Shown: in pieces, positions 21,008-32,728 of the stretch
How positions within the stretch are numbered: the first letter of the stretch is position 1
How the letters are laid out: each line of letters begins with the position of its first letter
IMG/VR virus record: IMGVR_UViG_3300022752_000079
Coordinates: 1 to 57,878 of that record
Direction: 5' to 3' (one strand)
DNA: 57,878 nucleotides
Source of the DNA: a virus
Taxonomy: Duplodnaviria > Caudoviricetes
Program-made: the position numbers and the translations under genes
Notes under the pieces: generated by a model
What the model was told of the DNA's origin: nothing
Database searches by the model: none
The model's input: only the letters and a program-made list of their open reading frames with translations

Positions 21008-24000
21008 TTACAATATTTCGACAACCGGGCCGAAATCATACGTATCAGCCGATGTGCTGTTTATTGAAACACTGCTTATTTGAGTACCAGAACCATTCCA
21101 TGCCAATTCACCTATATTGTCATTATTAGTAATCACTATATTGGATAATGCACTTTGATTACCTGTAGTTGATACCGTACCATATACAGTTGTATCTCTT
21201 GCAGTGGACGTCGTTCCGGTATCTATAACACTAGAATAACTAGTAGCCACGCTAGAATTGTTATCTATCGGCACGGCAATTTGAACATCATTCGTATTAG
21301 AAACAGGTTGCCATGGCTGATCTGCCGGCGCAGAAGCAAATTGTATAATACCGCTCACGGCTGCATATGAACCTGACAAATTGATGTAATTGGTCAAATT
21401 TGATATTACTGGTAACTTTAATGTAACAGCTTTATTTCTTTCTAGAATATGCGGTTGAATTAAAATACCTGATATCAAGTTTGCTCGAGCTGGTACTAGA
21501 GTTTGAATTTGATCAAATATTGATTGATTAAATAGTGTGTATACGGACAAATAGTCATTCAAATTGTAACTTCCATTCTTAAAATAAATGTTTTGTAAAT
21601 CCAATAATGAATCATATTCAGTCGAATATTCATCGGAAGGATTTCCAATATAATCATCAATTCGAATTGCTCCTAATCTATTTAATATGTCTTGATTCAA
21701 GTATATTACCGGTGAAAAATAAATTCCTAATTTATTTGAATCTAAGGTATAGGTGTCATATGAACCTAGTACTACACTTCTATCTACACTTAAATTGCCT
21801 GATCTACTTTGTGATTCTATACGAATTTTATTTGCAGATAAATTATGACCGGTCAAAGAAGCATATGGATATCGTAAATTGATTTCAGTACCATTATAAT
21901 GCTGAGCAATAACATCATCTTTTGAATCAAATCCTGAGTATATGAGGCCAGCACTTTCTCTTTCACTGATTTGATTGGACGGTGACACCACTACAGTTGC
22001 AGGTATTGCAGGAGCATCAAGGTCAATCACATTTGTAGTTCTAGATAACGTATACCTATAAACCAAATCATAATAAGCACCCTGCGATTCATTACCCTTA
22101 TAAGTCTCCGGTGCAATTGTATGAATTCGTTTTGTGGATTCATTTAAAGAACCAAACCATTGTCTGATTTCATTGTAAGCACCGGGGGCCGATTTTCCGA
22201 ATGAACTGCTATAAGCATATCGAACCCAGCCTAGATTCGCGCCTGGCGTCCCGGTCGGAGCCCATGATGTACCATACGATGCACTTGCCGATGTAGTAAT
22301 TGCAATCGTACTAGAACCTGACTCTAATATCATGTCATCTTTAGCTCTGTACACGTACAATGAGAAGGATTGATTTGATCCGGTTACATTGTTATCAGAA
22401 TCTCGTTGTACAAATATAGTACTGTATTCATGATCAAGTAAATTTAAATTGGTAACACTACCCGTTTTATAACCTTGAGATCCGGATATGTACAATTTAA
22501 ATTCACCAGTATCAGAATCAATTACTTTCATAGTAAGAGCTACTAATGGATTGGTATCATTGAATCCAAATGACTTGGATGATGAATTGTATCCCGTTAA
22601 ATTTGAACCAGAGGCAATGCTATAAATTACATATTCAGTACCCGGTGTATATGAATAATCTGCTACAGTTCTATATCGAATTGATATGGTATCAGGATAA
22701 CTATTATACATATACCCGGAAGAATTGTATCTATCATTTTTAAGCCAGCCTGCTAATAAATAATCATTTTGATCAGTACCGTCATTCAAGTACTCATATC
22801 TATAAACGCTTCTATTATAATATTCCTCTAAATCCGGTCCACCAAATTCATCAATTGATAGAGCCGTTGACGGGATACCGTAACAGTTCATAACCGCTCG
22901 AACGCTTCGAGCAGTACCTTTAGTTTTGTAAATGTATGGTATATTGTTTAACAGTCGCTTCCAAATTTCTTTGGTAATCGTTTCACCAGATAATGGATAA
23001 ATTGAACCGGTAGGATCATATGCCTCATCATCAATATAATCAGTTAAATCTGAATTTAAATATCCATTAAATACTGGTAGGCCTAACGACTCTGCAACAC
23101 CAAAGATCAGATCCTTAGATACACCTACATCGAGTTTTTCATTTCGATCCTGCAGGTAGGTTATGTGTTTCACGTATAACCATATTTGATCGTAAAAATG
23201 ACCGATCATATCGACAAATCGAATGTATTCAGTATTTTGCGAGTCTACTGCTATATGAAATGGTACTGTTAATCGAAGCTGATTGATGTTTTTTCTATCA
23301 TACGCGTCGGCTAATTCCAACAAATTGTTGTAGAAGTTTATACCGGTAACAGAGGTAGAAGGTACTAAAGTACTATAATAATCAATTGGATCTACTTGAG
23401 TCGTACCCCCATTTTCCCATAGTACATTATATTGATCCCAGAAAGTATCAATGTCTTCCCATTTGTCTCCAATAATTTGTACTATTTCGCTTGATCCGGA
23501 CTTAGGCCATGGAGTTATACTACATGAACATGCAGTACACAATGAACCGGTGCCTTGGAAAAACATGTATCGTTCAAAAGAATCAAAGTTACTGACGACT
23601 TCATTTCTTCTATTCAATTCACGTCGAATATTTAGGTCGGTGGAACCGGATATGTCTAACAGTTGAGATATGTTTGAAGTATACTGCTCAATCAACTGTA
23701 ACTTGTAATAGAAGGTTTCAACTCGACGTCGAGCATTACTAAAATGAACAAAATTTTCAAATTCACAGTAATCAACATTTAGTCGAACCCCGGCGCTACT
23801 ACTAAAAAATCTGTCTACAATTTTTTGATTGGTCCCGTTTTCCGTACCAATCAGTGAATTATAGGAAGCGTAATTTGTAGAAGTGCTAGTATTGTATGAT
23901 ACTTCTATGTCAAAATTAGGACCACGTAAATTGTTAGCAAATTCCGGTATAAATACACTACTTACATGTACTTTATCTATAATAGGATCTACTACAAATC

Positions 24001-25129
24001 TGGAAATGTAACATAAAGTTTTTGTAGTTATAGTACTTTCTAACGGTTCTACCAATTTTATTAGCAAACTGTTGTCTGAATCTACTACAACGTTTACAAT
24101 AGTTTCAACGTTATTGAACCCTAAATTCAATTGAATTTCCGGATAATATGGATTGACTGCACCATGCCCCAATCTGACAATTGTAGATGCATTATAATAA
24201 GCAGAACCGTATACTGTATTGAAATTGGATCGTAATTGAAAGTATCTGGATAAATTTGAATTTTCAATTCTAGATGCAATTCTATTTTCAAACTCAGCAG
24301 CAATAAACGCATTCAATTCTGCAGCGAACGTTTGTATTATACCGGCAGTCAATTTTACATTTGCAGCCTTACACCAAGTAACCACCAATTCATAGGTAGG
24401 TAATAATATTGAATTGTATACAGCTAAAGCAGTATTAGTAGATGCATTGAAAACATATTGACCGGATGAAGTGTTCCAATAACTGTTAGTTAAACCGTTA
24501 TATCCGGTTACTAACTGATTGTTTATAATTCTAGTAGTGATATAAGTATCAACTGCTAAAATTATACTGTTGAACAATGCGAGACCGCCGACGAAGTTAT
24601 AATCAGGCGTACTATAGTTTTCGTAGATATTACTAACGTTATCGATTACAACATTTTTGTAGTAAAAGTAGTTAGAAATAAATCGAGCATATTGCGTTAC
24701 ATACGTTGAATTTGTTGAATCTACCGGATTCAATCTAATTTCAGTTCTAGAAGGAGAAATTTCCTTTATATAGAAAGCCGGTTCATTATCAGAACCTACT
24801 AACTTTTCTATAATATTTACAACTATAACATAATCGCCTCTACGTATTCCTAAAGTATTTCTTAAAATGTTGTTTATGTCTATAACGGCAGATCGAGATA
24901 TACCAGGTGCAGCTTGAATGGTTAACGATACAACTAAATAAGGTACATCAATAACAGATGAAATGTACGTTCCGGTAACATCATATAAATGTATATCAAC
25001 AGATTCCGAAGCATCAGATACCCCGTTAACGATTACATTTGGTATAATGGTATCATCCTGTACAGGAATTAATAGACCGACTGTCGGGTCTATTATGGTG
25101 ATATCTTCGGTATTAGTATATGGTAGCAT
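21008..25129 (-). CDS. Large baseplate/structural protein
   Basis: 1373 aa; IPYIYKTKGT motif typical of baseplate wedge (P2 gpI/T4 gp7-like) proteins. Confidence 0.6.
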   Translation of the reverse strand: MLPYTNTEDITIIDPTVGLLIPVQDDTIIPNVIVNGVSDASESVDIHLYDVTGTYISSVIDVPYLVVSLTIQAAPGISRSAVIDINNILRNTLGIRRGDYVIVVNIIEKLVGSDNEPAFYIKEISPSRTEIRLNPVDSTNSTYVTQYARFISNYFYYKNVVIDNVSNIYENYSTPDYNFVGGLALFNSIILAVDTYITTRIINNQLVTGYNGLTNSYWNTSSGQYVFNASTNTALAVYNSILLPTYELVVTWCKAANVKLTAGIIQTFAAELNAFIAAEFENRIASRIENSNLSRYFQLRSNFNTVYGSAYYNASTIVRLGHGAVNPYYPEIQLNLGFNNVETIVNVVVDSDNSLLIKLVEPLESTITTKTLCYISRFVVDPIIDKVHVSSVFIPEFANNLRGPNFDIEVSYNTSTSTNYASYNSLIGTENGTNQKIVDRFFSSSAGVRLNVDYCEFENFVHFSNARRRVETFYYKLQLIEQYTSNISQLLDISGSTDLNIRRELNRRNEVVSNFDSFERYMFFQGTGSLCTACSCSITPWPKSGSSEIVQIIGDKWEDIDTFWDQYNVLWENGGTTQVDPIDYYSTLVPSTSVTGINFYNNLLELADAYDRKNINQLRLTVPFHIAVDSQNTEYIRFVDMIGHFYDQIWLYVKHITYLQDRNEKLDVGVSKDLIFGVAESLGLPVFNGYLNSDLTDYIDDEAYDPTGSIYPLSGETITKEIWKRLLNNIPYIYKTKGTARSVRAVMNCYGIPSTALSIDEFGGPDLEEYYNRSVYRYEYLNDGTDQNDYLLAGWLKNDRYNSSGYMYNSYPDTISIRYRTVADYSYTPGTEYVIYSIASGSNLTGYNSSSKSFGFNDTNPLVALTMKVIDSDTGEFKLYISGSQGYKTGSVTNLNLLDHEYSTIFVQRDSDNNVTGSNQSFSLYVYRAKDDMILESGSSTIAITTSASASYGTSWAPTGTPGANLGWVRYAYSSSFGKSAPGAYNEIRQWFGSLNESTKRIHTIAPETYKGNESQGAYYDLVYRYTLSRTTNVIDLDAPAIPATVVVSPSNQISERESAGLIYSGFDSKDDVIAQHYNGTEINLRYPYASLTGHNLSANKIRIESQSRSGNLSVDRSVVLGSYDTYTLDSNKLGIYFSPVIYLNQDILNRLGAIRIDDYIGNPSDEYSTEYDSLLDLQNIYFKNGSYNLNDYLSVYTLFNQSIFDQIQTLVPARANLISGILIQPHILERNKAVTLKLPVISNLTNYINLSGSYAAVSGIIQFASAPADQPWQPVSNTNDVQIAVPIDNNSSVATSYSSVIDTGTTSTARDTTVYGTVSTTGNQSALSNIVITNNDNIGELAWNGSGTQISSVSINSTSADTYDFGPVVEIL

Positions 25130-25767
25130 TATATGAATGATCCTTGAACTATGTCTGAGTAAATTTCCTTTCTAGGATTTTCTATATACGTAAATATGTT
25201 TCTAGAAAATTTCCGAGCCAATGTTAAATTAGGCTGTAAGTTCATACCTTTAAACCAAGCATCAACATACGGTGCTGATGCTAAAATCACTGAACCTAAA
25301 ACAGCCGGTTGAGCATTACTTAAATAAGTATTATCAACAGCATATGTACCATTACTGGTTATGAAAATAGGATCGGTATCTGATACAATTTGTTGAAACT
25401 CAGTAACGTTTGCAGTCTCCGTAACGGGCTGTCCGGTAAATGGATCGGTAGTATCAATTGTAATACTACCTGATTGTAACAATTGTACTCGTTCCACTAT
25501 ATCATCAGCATCAATTGAACCTATAGCTCGAATTAAAAATCTCCATTGAATACCGGTACCGACCCGGTCAATTTCCCAATGATTCTTTTTGTCAGGAGCT
25601 GCAATATAGGCTCGAATTTCATCTATATTTGCTATTAAATTGTTGGCAGTAGGTTCTATATTCATCAACTTAAACCAGCCAATAATATAACCTATATTAT
25701 CATCATATGCACGTTGCCGTGCTTCATATAGTTCCTGTCCTAAAGATAAGGTTGGTAACTGCGGCAT
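25129..25767 (-). CDS. Hypothetical protein
   Basis: ORF in the structural operon. Confidence 0.6.
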   Translation of the reverse strand: MPQLPTLSLGQELYEARQRAYDDNIGYIIGWFKLMNIEPTANNLIANIDEIRAYIAAPDKKNHWEIDRVGTGIQWRFLIRAIGSIDADDIVERVQLLQSGSITIDTTDPFTGQPVTETANVTEFQQIVSDTDPIFITSNGTYAVDNTYLSNAQPAVLGSVILASAPYVDAWFKGMNLQPNLTLARKFSRNIFTYIENPRKEIYSDIVQGSFI

Positions 25768-25773
25768 AAATTA

Positions 25774-26712
25774 TTAAATTGGGTTTTGATTATATAAAAA
25801 GGCATACTGCAAATCAAAATAACTAGTAACCGTTTGATTTGGTTGATATAACAACTCATATCCCGCTATCGGCTGTCCGGAATTGATTTTAGATTGAACT
25901 CGAGCAACAATCTTTTTACATAATAATTTAAAGTCATTGAAGTTATTGGCAGTATTAGTACCATTACCTAGAATGTATGAGAATTGATTCGGAACTGTAT
26001 TGGGTATTACGGGTGATACCGCATTTCTGTAATTGGTTACATTTAAAATTAAATTTCTATAATTACCGGGAATTTGACTCAATGTCATTGCATCAATTTC
26101 AGCCGCAGTAACCGTCGTTGCCGTTTGTGCACTACGAAGTCTATCAATCACTGAAGATGCACCATTAATTATATTTGTAGTAGTAGAAGGATTCAATGAA
26201 GTTTCATATAATTGCAACGCATCAAATTCAACTTGATTCATTTCCGGCCCAAAGAAATCTCGAATCACAACAGCAATTGAGCCCCACGGAATATCAAAGA
26301 AATTGTAAATACCAAAATTCAATTGATCAATTCTAGGATATAACTTAGCAGGTCTCCATAAGTCAGTAGTATCAGCTGCTGACGCTAACAAATCTATAGT
26401 TTCGTTAGCAGCCGTTAAATCTGATTCTAGAGAAGTGACTTGAGTTTCCGCAGAATCTAATTGAGCAGTCAAATTGTCTATTAACAATTGCAATTCAGCA
26501 ACACTAGGACCGGAAGTTACAATGATCTCACTGAACTCTGTGTCTATCACTTCAACAAACTTATTGTATTCTCTGTTTTTAATAACATATGGTACAACCA
26601 TACTAGTAGACTGATCCAATTGCAATGATCGCAATGCAGTTCTATTACTATTTAATGCGGAGTATAAAGTGGATATACTACCAGTATAATTTGTTAATGT
26701 AACGTTTATCAT
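25774..26712 (-). CDS. Hypothetical protein with a coiled coil
   Basis: ORF in the structural operon. Confidence 0.6.
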   Translation of the reverse strand: MINVTLTNYTGSISTLYSALNSNRTALRSLQLDQSTSMVVPYVIKNREYNKFVEVIDTEFSEIIVTSGPSVAELQLLIDNLTAQLDSAETQVTSLESDLTAANETIDLLASAADTTDLWRPAKLYPRIDQLNFGIYNFFDIPWGSIAVVIRDFFGPEMNQVEFDALQLYETSLNPSTTTNIINGASSVIDRLRSAQTATTVTAAEIDAMTLSQIPGNYRNLILNVTNYRNAVSPVIPNTVPNQFSYILGNGTNTANNFNDFKLLCKKIVARVQSKINSGQPIAGYELLYQPNQTVTSYFDLQYAFLYNQNPI

Positions 26713-27788
26713 CTAACTACTTTAAACCTAAAGTTATCAAAAACCATGTTTATACCACCAATTTTCGTTTTTACTTCAAAATTGTAAAATCTTTCCGGAT
26801 ATAATCCATATGTACTGTAATCAAAGTATGAACCGGTGCCATCAGCTAAAATTCTAGTATATTCTGAAAAATCAGTGATGATATCGTTGGTCATTGCATC
26901 TTTAATTCTATAATAAGATTCGCTTGATAATATCATATTATCAGCAAAATTAGGTATTCTAGAATAAGTCTTTTTTGGATACTTTGCCCTACATCCCACA
27001 TACGCCCTATATACAGCATTAGGCTTGACGTATTGCTCGATATTATACATATATACTACTGGTATATCTCTTTGTGACGGTGTACTTAGCGAACCTGTAA
27101 TGTATTGTGTAGAGCCGGTCCAAGCAATTTCAACATTTGGTTGGAATACGGTGTGAGTATTGATACTGTAATACTTGAAATTAGGATATCTATCAACTAA
27201 TTGATCTGAATCGACTGATAGTTTAACGAGCAATCCGTTATTATCAATTGTACCATTCAACCATTTTTGTACGATTGAAGTGATTGGTATAACCGGGTCA
27301 GCGTCGGATGATCCATCAAATGATTTTGATACGGTACTTCCGGTGTACCATGTAGCGCCGCCGGCAAAGTATGAATATGATCCGGTACTTCCCGGTGCGT
27401 AACTGCTAGTTAACCATTTTGAATTGGAATCACCATCTCTATAAATCCACGAAACGCCTCCAGTAATTTCACTGTCAGCCAATTTACCGGTACCTGAAGT
27501 CCATGAACCTGATATAGGATCTACTACTATCGTGTATGTATACGGTACTTCGTTGAGTTCCAAAGTAAACAATCGTAAATTTACTTGAATTGATTGTGAT
27601 GGTATACTATACGTATTGAGTATAGATTGAATGTCTGCGGTAGATATGTCAAGTAAAAATCTACTTTCCAATACGTTCGTACCATCTAGAGTTCTAGAAA
27701 GTTCTAAAATTTCATCGTTACCGGTGTTTTTATACGGTAACTGCTCATATATCGTTGCAGCCCTTAAAGGGGATAAATTTACTTGCAT
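26709..27788 (-). CDS. Putative virion structural protein
   Basis: ITSIVQKWLNG..DNNGLLVK (DNRLRE-like); baseplate operon. Confidence 0.55.
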   Translation of the reverse strand: MQVNLSPLRAATIYEQLPYKNTGNDEILELSRTLDGTNVLESRFLLDISTADIQSILNTYSIPSQSIQVNLRLFTLELNEVPYTYTIVVDPISGSWTSGTGKLADSEITGGVSWIYRDGDSNSKWLTSSYAPGSTGSYSYFAGGATWYTGSTVSKSFDGSSDADPVIPITSIVQKWLNGTIDNNGLLVKLSVDSDQLVDRYPNFKYYSINTHTVFQPNVEIAWTGSTQYITGSLSTPSQRDIPVVYMYNIEQYVKPNAVYRAYVGCRAKYPKKTYSRIPNFADNMILSSESYYRIKDAMTNDIITDFSEYTRILADGTGSYFDYSTYGLYPERFYNFEVKTKIGGINMVFDNFRFKVVR

Positions 27789-27789
27789 A

Positions 27790-29649
27790 TTACATACTTA
27801 CTGTTCGACCAATAATATCGGTGTTCGGATACTTTATTTCAAATATGCTAGGATCTAGGGACGGGTAAATTACACCATTTCTAGTAGCAGTTCTAATATC
27901 ATATACGTTTCCGGAATAACCTGCATCAACATTAAACAAATTTGTAATTTTAATATCAATTACAGTTTGCACGCCTTCTACCTTATCCAATTCAGTATAT
28001 AACTTAGATATGATAATAGGTTGATTTATTTGCCATTTAGTGATATCAAAATGTCGTTTAATAGTTTCAATACACTTCAATATCACTTCGGAATTATTAT
28101 AACCCGGTGACGATACTATATCAAATTCAACGCCAATATTAATTACATATGCATCCATCAAATTGATTGCATCAGTCATTAATCGATATTGTGATAAATA
28201 CGTTCTTAAATTTTCTTTAACAGCCGCATTCAATGGAATCAAATTACTGTTACCGTCATATCCCAAACAATAAATATTTAAAGCTAACGGATTATTGACT
28301 CTAGTGTTAGTCGTAACATCAACCTGCGTATCCTGTAACAAATATGCTTTAGCTACAGAACCGTATTTTACTGGCATTGAATAACATCTAACCAAATAAT
28401 CAGGTCCAGTAACTGCTCTAAGCTGCGATGCTACGTTTGCAATTGCATTTTGTCGAACTTCATCGACCGTTTCCAAATTTTTACCTCCGGTAGCACGAGT
28501 TGGATTTGTACTAGCTAACGATTGTCTAACAAAATCAGCTAAAGCAGGATCAACCGTATCTGAGAAAGCTTCAAACTCTACAGTCAAAATATTCTTAATA
28601 TCATATGCAGGTATGTTACTGTCTAAACCACCACCGACGGTATATCGTACAGTCAATGTGGTATTGGCTGGAACCAATCCATAAGTTTTGGTAAACATGA
28701 AATTGGAAGGATCAATAGCAAAGTCAGCCGACATTTGCAATCCATCTATACCTAAGTTGTCTACATTCGGTACAATTTCTTCATCCGCTGAATCTGAAAC
28801 TCCTGATCCGAATTGTAAAATTAAATTGTTATCAGAATTGAACCTAGTAACGAATCTTCTAGGAACTTTCTTCAATTTCAATAAATACGGTACCGTATCA
28901 TTGTATTGATAATATCGATTGTTAGTCAATTCATTGTTATATACCGCATCAAATACAGTGTCTTGAGCTAACCAAGGTACTTCATACCAGGTATTGTCAT
29001 TTGAGTCTGTTACAGATTCTATTCCAATAATATTGGTATCACTTATGGTTACCTGATCAAAACGTTTCGGTGTGGTGAAAGTGAAACTCGTAGTTCGAAG
29101 ATTACCGGAAATTGCCTTAGTTCGTTTCTTAATTAAATAATATTCAGGTAAACCGGTTTGTTCATCAATTTGATATACGGTTACTTCGGTTGGTGAATAA
29201 CTGGAACTAGCTTTGAAATTTATAACTTCGGTAGTTCTAAACTCAGTTCTATTAGACTCAGCTTGAACATACATGCCTTCTTTAACCGTTAACGCATACG
29301 ACCAATCCGGTATAGTTACAGAACCGGAAACTTTGGCAGGTAATAACTGATACACTTCCAATTCAACTATACTAGGAATTCTATTTTTTGTTTTGTATCC
29401 GGAAGCGTTAGCTAGAGCATTCACATTTCCAGCCTCAGAAGCATATAATAGTAACGATTCTTTCAACTGTTTATCAGTATAGTAGGATAAAACATCACCG
29501 ACATACGATGACATTTCCATGAACATCATACCCGGATCCGCTTCATTGAAATCATTATACGTATTCGGGAAGTAATTTTTTGCAAAATCAATTAACGATT
29601 GTCGTAATGATTGAAAATCTCTATTTAAGTATAAAATATCTTTTTGCAT
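27790..29649 (-). CDS. Baseplate wedge protein (T4 gp6/J-like)
   Basis: YLNRDF, YNDFNEADPGMMF, QFGSG, GG..ET.DEVR..A, RAVT..DY. Confidence 0.85.
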   Translation of the reverse strand: MQKDILYLNRDFQSLRQSLIDFAKNYFPNTYNDFNEADPGMMFMEMSSYVGDVLSYYTDKQLKESLLLYASEAGNVNALANASGYKTKNRIPSIVELEVYQLLPAKVSGSVTIPDWSYALTVKEGMYVQAESNRTEFRTTEVINFKASSSYSPTEVTVYQIDEQTGLPEYYLIKKRTKAISGNLRTTSFTFTTPKRFDQVTISDTNIIGIESVTDSNDNTWYEVPWLAQDTVFDAVYNNELTNNRYYQYNDTVPYLLKLKKVPRRFVTRFNSDNNLILQFGSGVSDSADEEIVPNVDNLGIDGLQMSADFAIDPSNFMFTKTYGLVPANTTLTVRYTVGGGLDSNIPAYDIKNILTVEFEAFSDTVDPALADFVRQSLASTNPTRATGGKNLETVDEVRQNAIANVASQLRAVTGPDYLVRCYSMPVKYGSVAKAYLLQDTQVDVTTNTRVNNPLALNIYCLGYDGNSNLIPLNAAVKENLRTYLSQYRLMTDAINLMDAYVINIGVEFDIVSSPGYNNSEVILKCIETIKRHFDITKWQINQPIIISKLYTELDKVEGVQTVIDIKITNLFNVDAGYSGNVYDIRTATRNGVIYPSLDPSIFEIKYPNTDIIGRTVSM

Positions 29650-30077
29650 TATTGTTCTGCATTTAAATTGAAAGTAATGGTTCGCAATACACCGTTTGCA
29701 TTTAAACGATAATTGATGCTTACAAAAACAGACTGCCTATCAATATCAATTTCCACGTTAATATCGACATCCATCAAATTCGGAAACCAGAAATTTATAT
29801 CAGACAATAAAGTGTCTCGAAGTAGTACTTGCAGATCCGGTCGAATATTTTCAAAAAGCAAATCATATATAGAAGTACCAAAACTAGGCTGATACAATCG
29901 TTCACCTTTTCTAGTTAAAACCAAATTTTTCAAATTGGTAGAAATTTGATCTTCAGTACTGTACGATTGACTGAACAGTCTACCATCTTTTCTAACTATA
30001 GGCAATTTAATACCAATAGCAACATTTGGTAGTACGGTTGAATCTTCTACTTCTATTATCTGCCTTCTTCGAATCAT
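29649..30077 (-). CDS. Baseplate wedge subunit (gp25-like)
   Basis: NLKNLVLTRKGERLYQPSFGT..LLFE. Confidence 0.88.
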   Translation of the reverse strand: MIRRRQIIEVEDSTVLPNVAIGIKLPIVRKDGRLFSQSYSTEDQISTNLKNLVLTRKGERLYQPSFGTSIYDLLFENIRPDLQVLLRDTLLSDINFWFPNLMDVDINVEIDIDRQSVFVSINYRLNANGVLRTITFNLNAEQ

Positions 30078-30448
30078 TTACCTTTCTTTCTGTCTATGGC
30101 TTTCATCAATTCTGAGTAATCTCGAGTTACCGCAGAAGCAACTTCAGGAGCAACCTGCTCTAAAGTATTTACACTCATACCTGCTATTTCCATCGGAGCC
30201 ACTGATCTACTATCTCGCGCCATGGTAGGCCATTCACTGTAATCATCATGCATCGGCTGCGTGGAAGTTAAAATTTCATTTAAAAACGGATTTGATACTA
30301 TCGGTTTTTTTGGCCGAGGCGGTACAGGTTTTGATGGCGGTGCGGATCGAACTTCAGTAACTGATTCATTTTTAGGTTGTACACCTGCCATACTTAGTTC
30401 TTCGCGAACTATTTTTCTAATTTCAATTAATAGATCTGAGGCTTTCAT
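30074..30448 (-). CDS. Hypothetical protein
   Basis: ORF in operon. Confidence 0.6.
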   Translation of the reverse strand: MKASDLLIEIRKIVREELSMAGVQPKNESVTEVRSAPPSKPVPPRPKKPIVSNPFLNEILTSTQPMHDDYSEWPTMARDSRSVAPMEIAGMSVNTLEQVAPEVASAVTRDYSELMKAIDRKKGK

Positions 30449-30469
30449 AATAATAATTATTTAGTTAAC

Positions 30470-31567
30470 TTATTTTGTTCGTTTAACGAATGCTAATTTA
30501 CTTAAATTGTTATCAAATTTATTTTTCAATGCTATAATTTTCGGCCAAGCAGGGCTAGCATTTATAGGCCCGGTCGGTCCGACATTTGTAGCAACCGTTA
30601 TTTCACCAATCGCATCAATCAAATCAGACGCCCATTGTTTAAACTCATTACCTAAAATAATAGGTTCATCAGCATTCAATCCTATTTTAAATTTTGAGGT
30701 ATTGAATTCAACTGCCTTTGCCGCATCAATTGCAAATGAACCTGGTGTCGATATACCGACGCCTTTTTTGGAAAATAAAATAGTTTCCGATTCATATGAA
30801 TTTAAAACAATTCTACCGGAAGATGCAATTATCTGTCGACCTGCAAATTTATTTCCAGAATTCCAGGTATTTAAACTATTGTTATCAATGCTATCAACTT
30901 CAGTACTCGCCGCATTCAAATTGATGCCCTGCGTACTTGTCATTGTTATAGTAGAATCATCTTCAGAAAAGTTTTCAACAAACAATTGTCGTTCAGCTCT
31001 TTTACTGGTACTAATTATTGTTATAGGATCTCCGAATGTGCCTCCTGCCTTTACCCAATTGGCACTCTTCGGATAATTGTTTTTATAAGTAGTACTGAAT
31101 CTTATTGCAGAACCGTATCTAGACTCAATAATAGTATCACCTGCAAATGGCTGTAATATACCATTAGCTCTACCATGTAAATCTGAGTCCAATTTACTTT
31201 TTGTAGGTTTTGATCGACCAGTTTCATATGTTTGACTGTTACCGGAACCTACTTTAGTTACTTGAAAATTGGATACGCCGGGTAGCCCGTTATGATTTAA
31301 ATCATTCTGTGTATTTAATGGTATAGGAATGTAATACAAATCATTATTCGGAGTAATTGCATTGGCGTATGAATCTGTACTATTTAACAGTAACACTACT
31401 TCACCTATAACAGGCAATTGTTTGATAGATGAATGTAGAGGTCTTGCAGTAAAAATGTTTTCATTGAACCTAGAGTTCAATAACTTAACCGTAACAGACC
31501 ATAATGTGTCTAGTTCATATGAAACCGCGGTTACTTCACCGACTGCATACGGGTAAGGTATATTCAT
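30470..31567 (-). CDS. Baseplate hub/spike-like protein (gp5/gpV-like)
   Basis: LPVIGEVV OB-fold-like motif; GDTIIESRYGSAIRF; position upstream of gp25. Confidence 0.55.
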   Translation of the reverse strand: MNIPYPYAVGEVTAVSYELDTLWSVTVKLLNSRFNENIFTARPLHSSIKQLPVIGEVVLLLNSTDSYANAITPNNDLYYIPIPLNTQNDLNHNGLPGVSNFQVTKVGSGNSQTYETGRSKPTKSKLDSDLHGRANGILQPFAGDTIIESRYGSAIRFSTTYKNNYPKSANWVKAGGTFGDPITIISTSKRAERQLFVENFSEDDSTITMTSTQGINLNAASTEVDSIDNNSLNTWNSGNKFAGRQIIASSGRIVLNSYESETILFSKKGVGISTPGSFAIDAAKAVEFNTSKFKIGLNADEPIILGNEFKQWASDLIDAIGEITVATNVGPTGPINASPAWPKIIALKNKFDNNLSKLAFVKRTK

Positions 31568-31570
31568 ATA

Positions 31571-31966
31571 TTAAGTAGTAACAGTTTCAATGGACTTGTC
31601 AATTTCTGCACCTGTTTTCTGCAACGCTTCCACTTCTTTCAACAATTGATCTCTTTCCGCATCAGTCAATCCACCAAAGCCGGTATTATCTGATTCCATA
31701 CCTGGTTTAGTTTGAGATGCAATTGCTCTTTGAACTACGGCTGCCAATTTCACTAAAATTTCATCATTTTTTACTGACAGATCCAAATATTCTCTAATTA
31801 ATGGCACAATCATTGTAGCGTTAGCCAAGTTATTGTTGATTAACGGCTTCAATTCAGCAATCAACAAATTCAATTGCCGTTCTTTTTTGGAAGAATTTTT
31901 ATAAATATCCTGCATTAAGGTAGAAAAAGTAGTACCTTTAAATAACTCAACATTAAAATCGCTCAT
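31571..31966 (-). CDS. Hypothetical helical protein
   Basis: 131-aa ORF with late motif upstream. Confidence 0.6.
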   Translation of the reverse strand: MSDFNVELFKGTTFSTLMQDIYKNSSKKERQLNLLIAELKPLINNNLANATMIVPLIREYLDLSVKNDEILVKLAAVVQRAIASQTKPGMESDNTGFGGLTDAERDQLLKEVEALQKTGAEIDKSIETVTT

Positions 31967-31978
31967 ATATTTTCTTTA

Positions 31979-32728
31979 CTATAAATATGATGTGGTTAAT
32001 TTACCGGTCAATTCCCAGTTTCTATACAAATCAACCCATAGCTCTTTAACTTTATGAACTACTTTTGAAATTTCTTGAGTTCTTTCTATACCGGTCATTT
32101 CTCTGATCATTATATACAATGCTTTTTTATTGAACAGTTCCAAAGTATCTCTGGTTTTAAACAAAGTCAATATAGCATATACAGTGGAATATTCATCAGA
32201 CTTAAATAGTGGCTTATGTTTACTTTTACCGGTTTTATTAGAAGTTACAATAATATTAAATTTATCTATATGTAGATCAATAAAATTGATAAACAGATCA
32301 ATAAACTCCTTCTCACATTCTATTTTAGATTGGCGATTCACTTCATTTGTAACGTTCCTGTATACATCAATTGCATCAACCTCATCTTTTCTCTTCATAG
32401 CTTTATAATTGTTATTGTTGAGATTGATAAGATAATTTCTGGCAACTACTGTAAAATATGAATATGCATTACCAGACTCAGGAGTATATCTATCCATTTT
32501 TTCTATCAAATGCGAAATGGTTTCCTGTTTTGCATCTTCATAAGTGGTATCAAAATAATACAATTTGTTTACATGTATTGTATTTTCAACCAGCTTATCA
32601 AATGCTTTATGAATTCTAGTTTCATAAATTTTATTTCGTACGCGTGGATTTTCACTGACGTTATACTCCAGTATAGCTTCCTGAGTATCTGAGGTAAAGT
32701 AATATTTACTCTGCATTATTTGTAACAT
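31979..32728 (-). CDS. Late-transcription sigma factor (gp55-like)
   Basis: Region-2-like RYTPESGNAYSYFTVVARN. Confidence 0.65.
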   Translation of the reverse strand: MLQIMQSKYYFTSDTQEAILEYNVSENPRVRNKIYETRIHKAFDKLVENTIHVNKLYYFDTTYEDAKQETISHLIEKMDRYTPESGNAYSYFTVVARNYLINLNNNNYKAMKRKDEVDAIDVYRNVTNEVNRQSKIECEKEFIDLFINFIDLHIDKFNIIVTSNKTGKSKHKPLFKSDEYSTVYAILTLFKTRDTLELFNKKALYIMIREMTGIERTQEISKVVHKVKELWVDLYRNWELTGKLTTSYL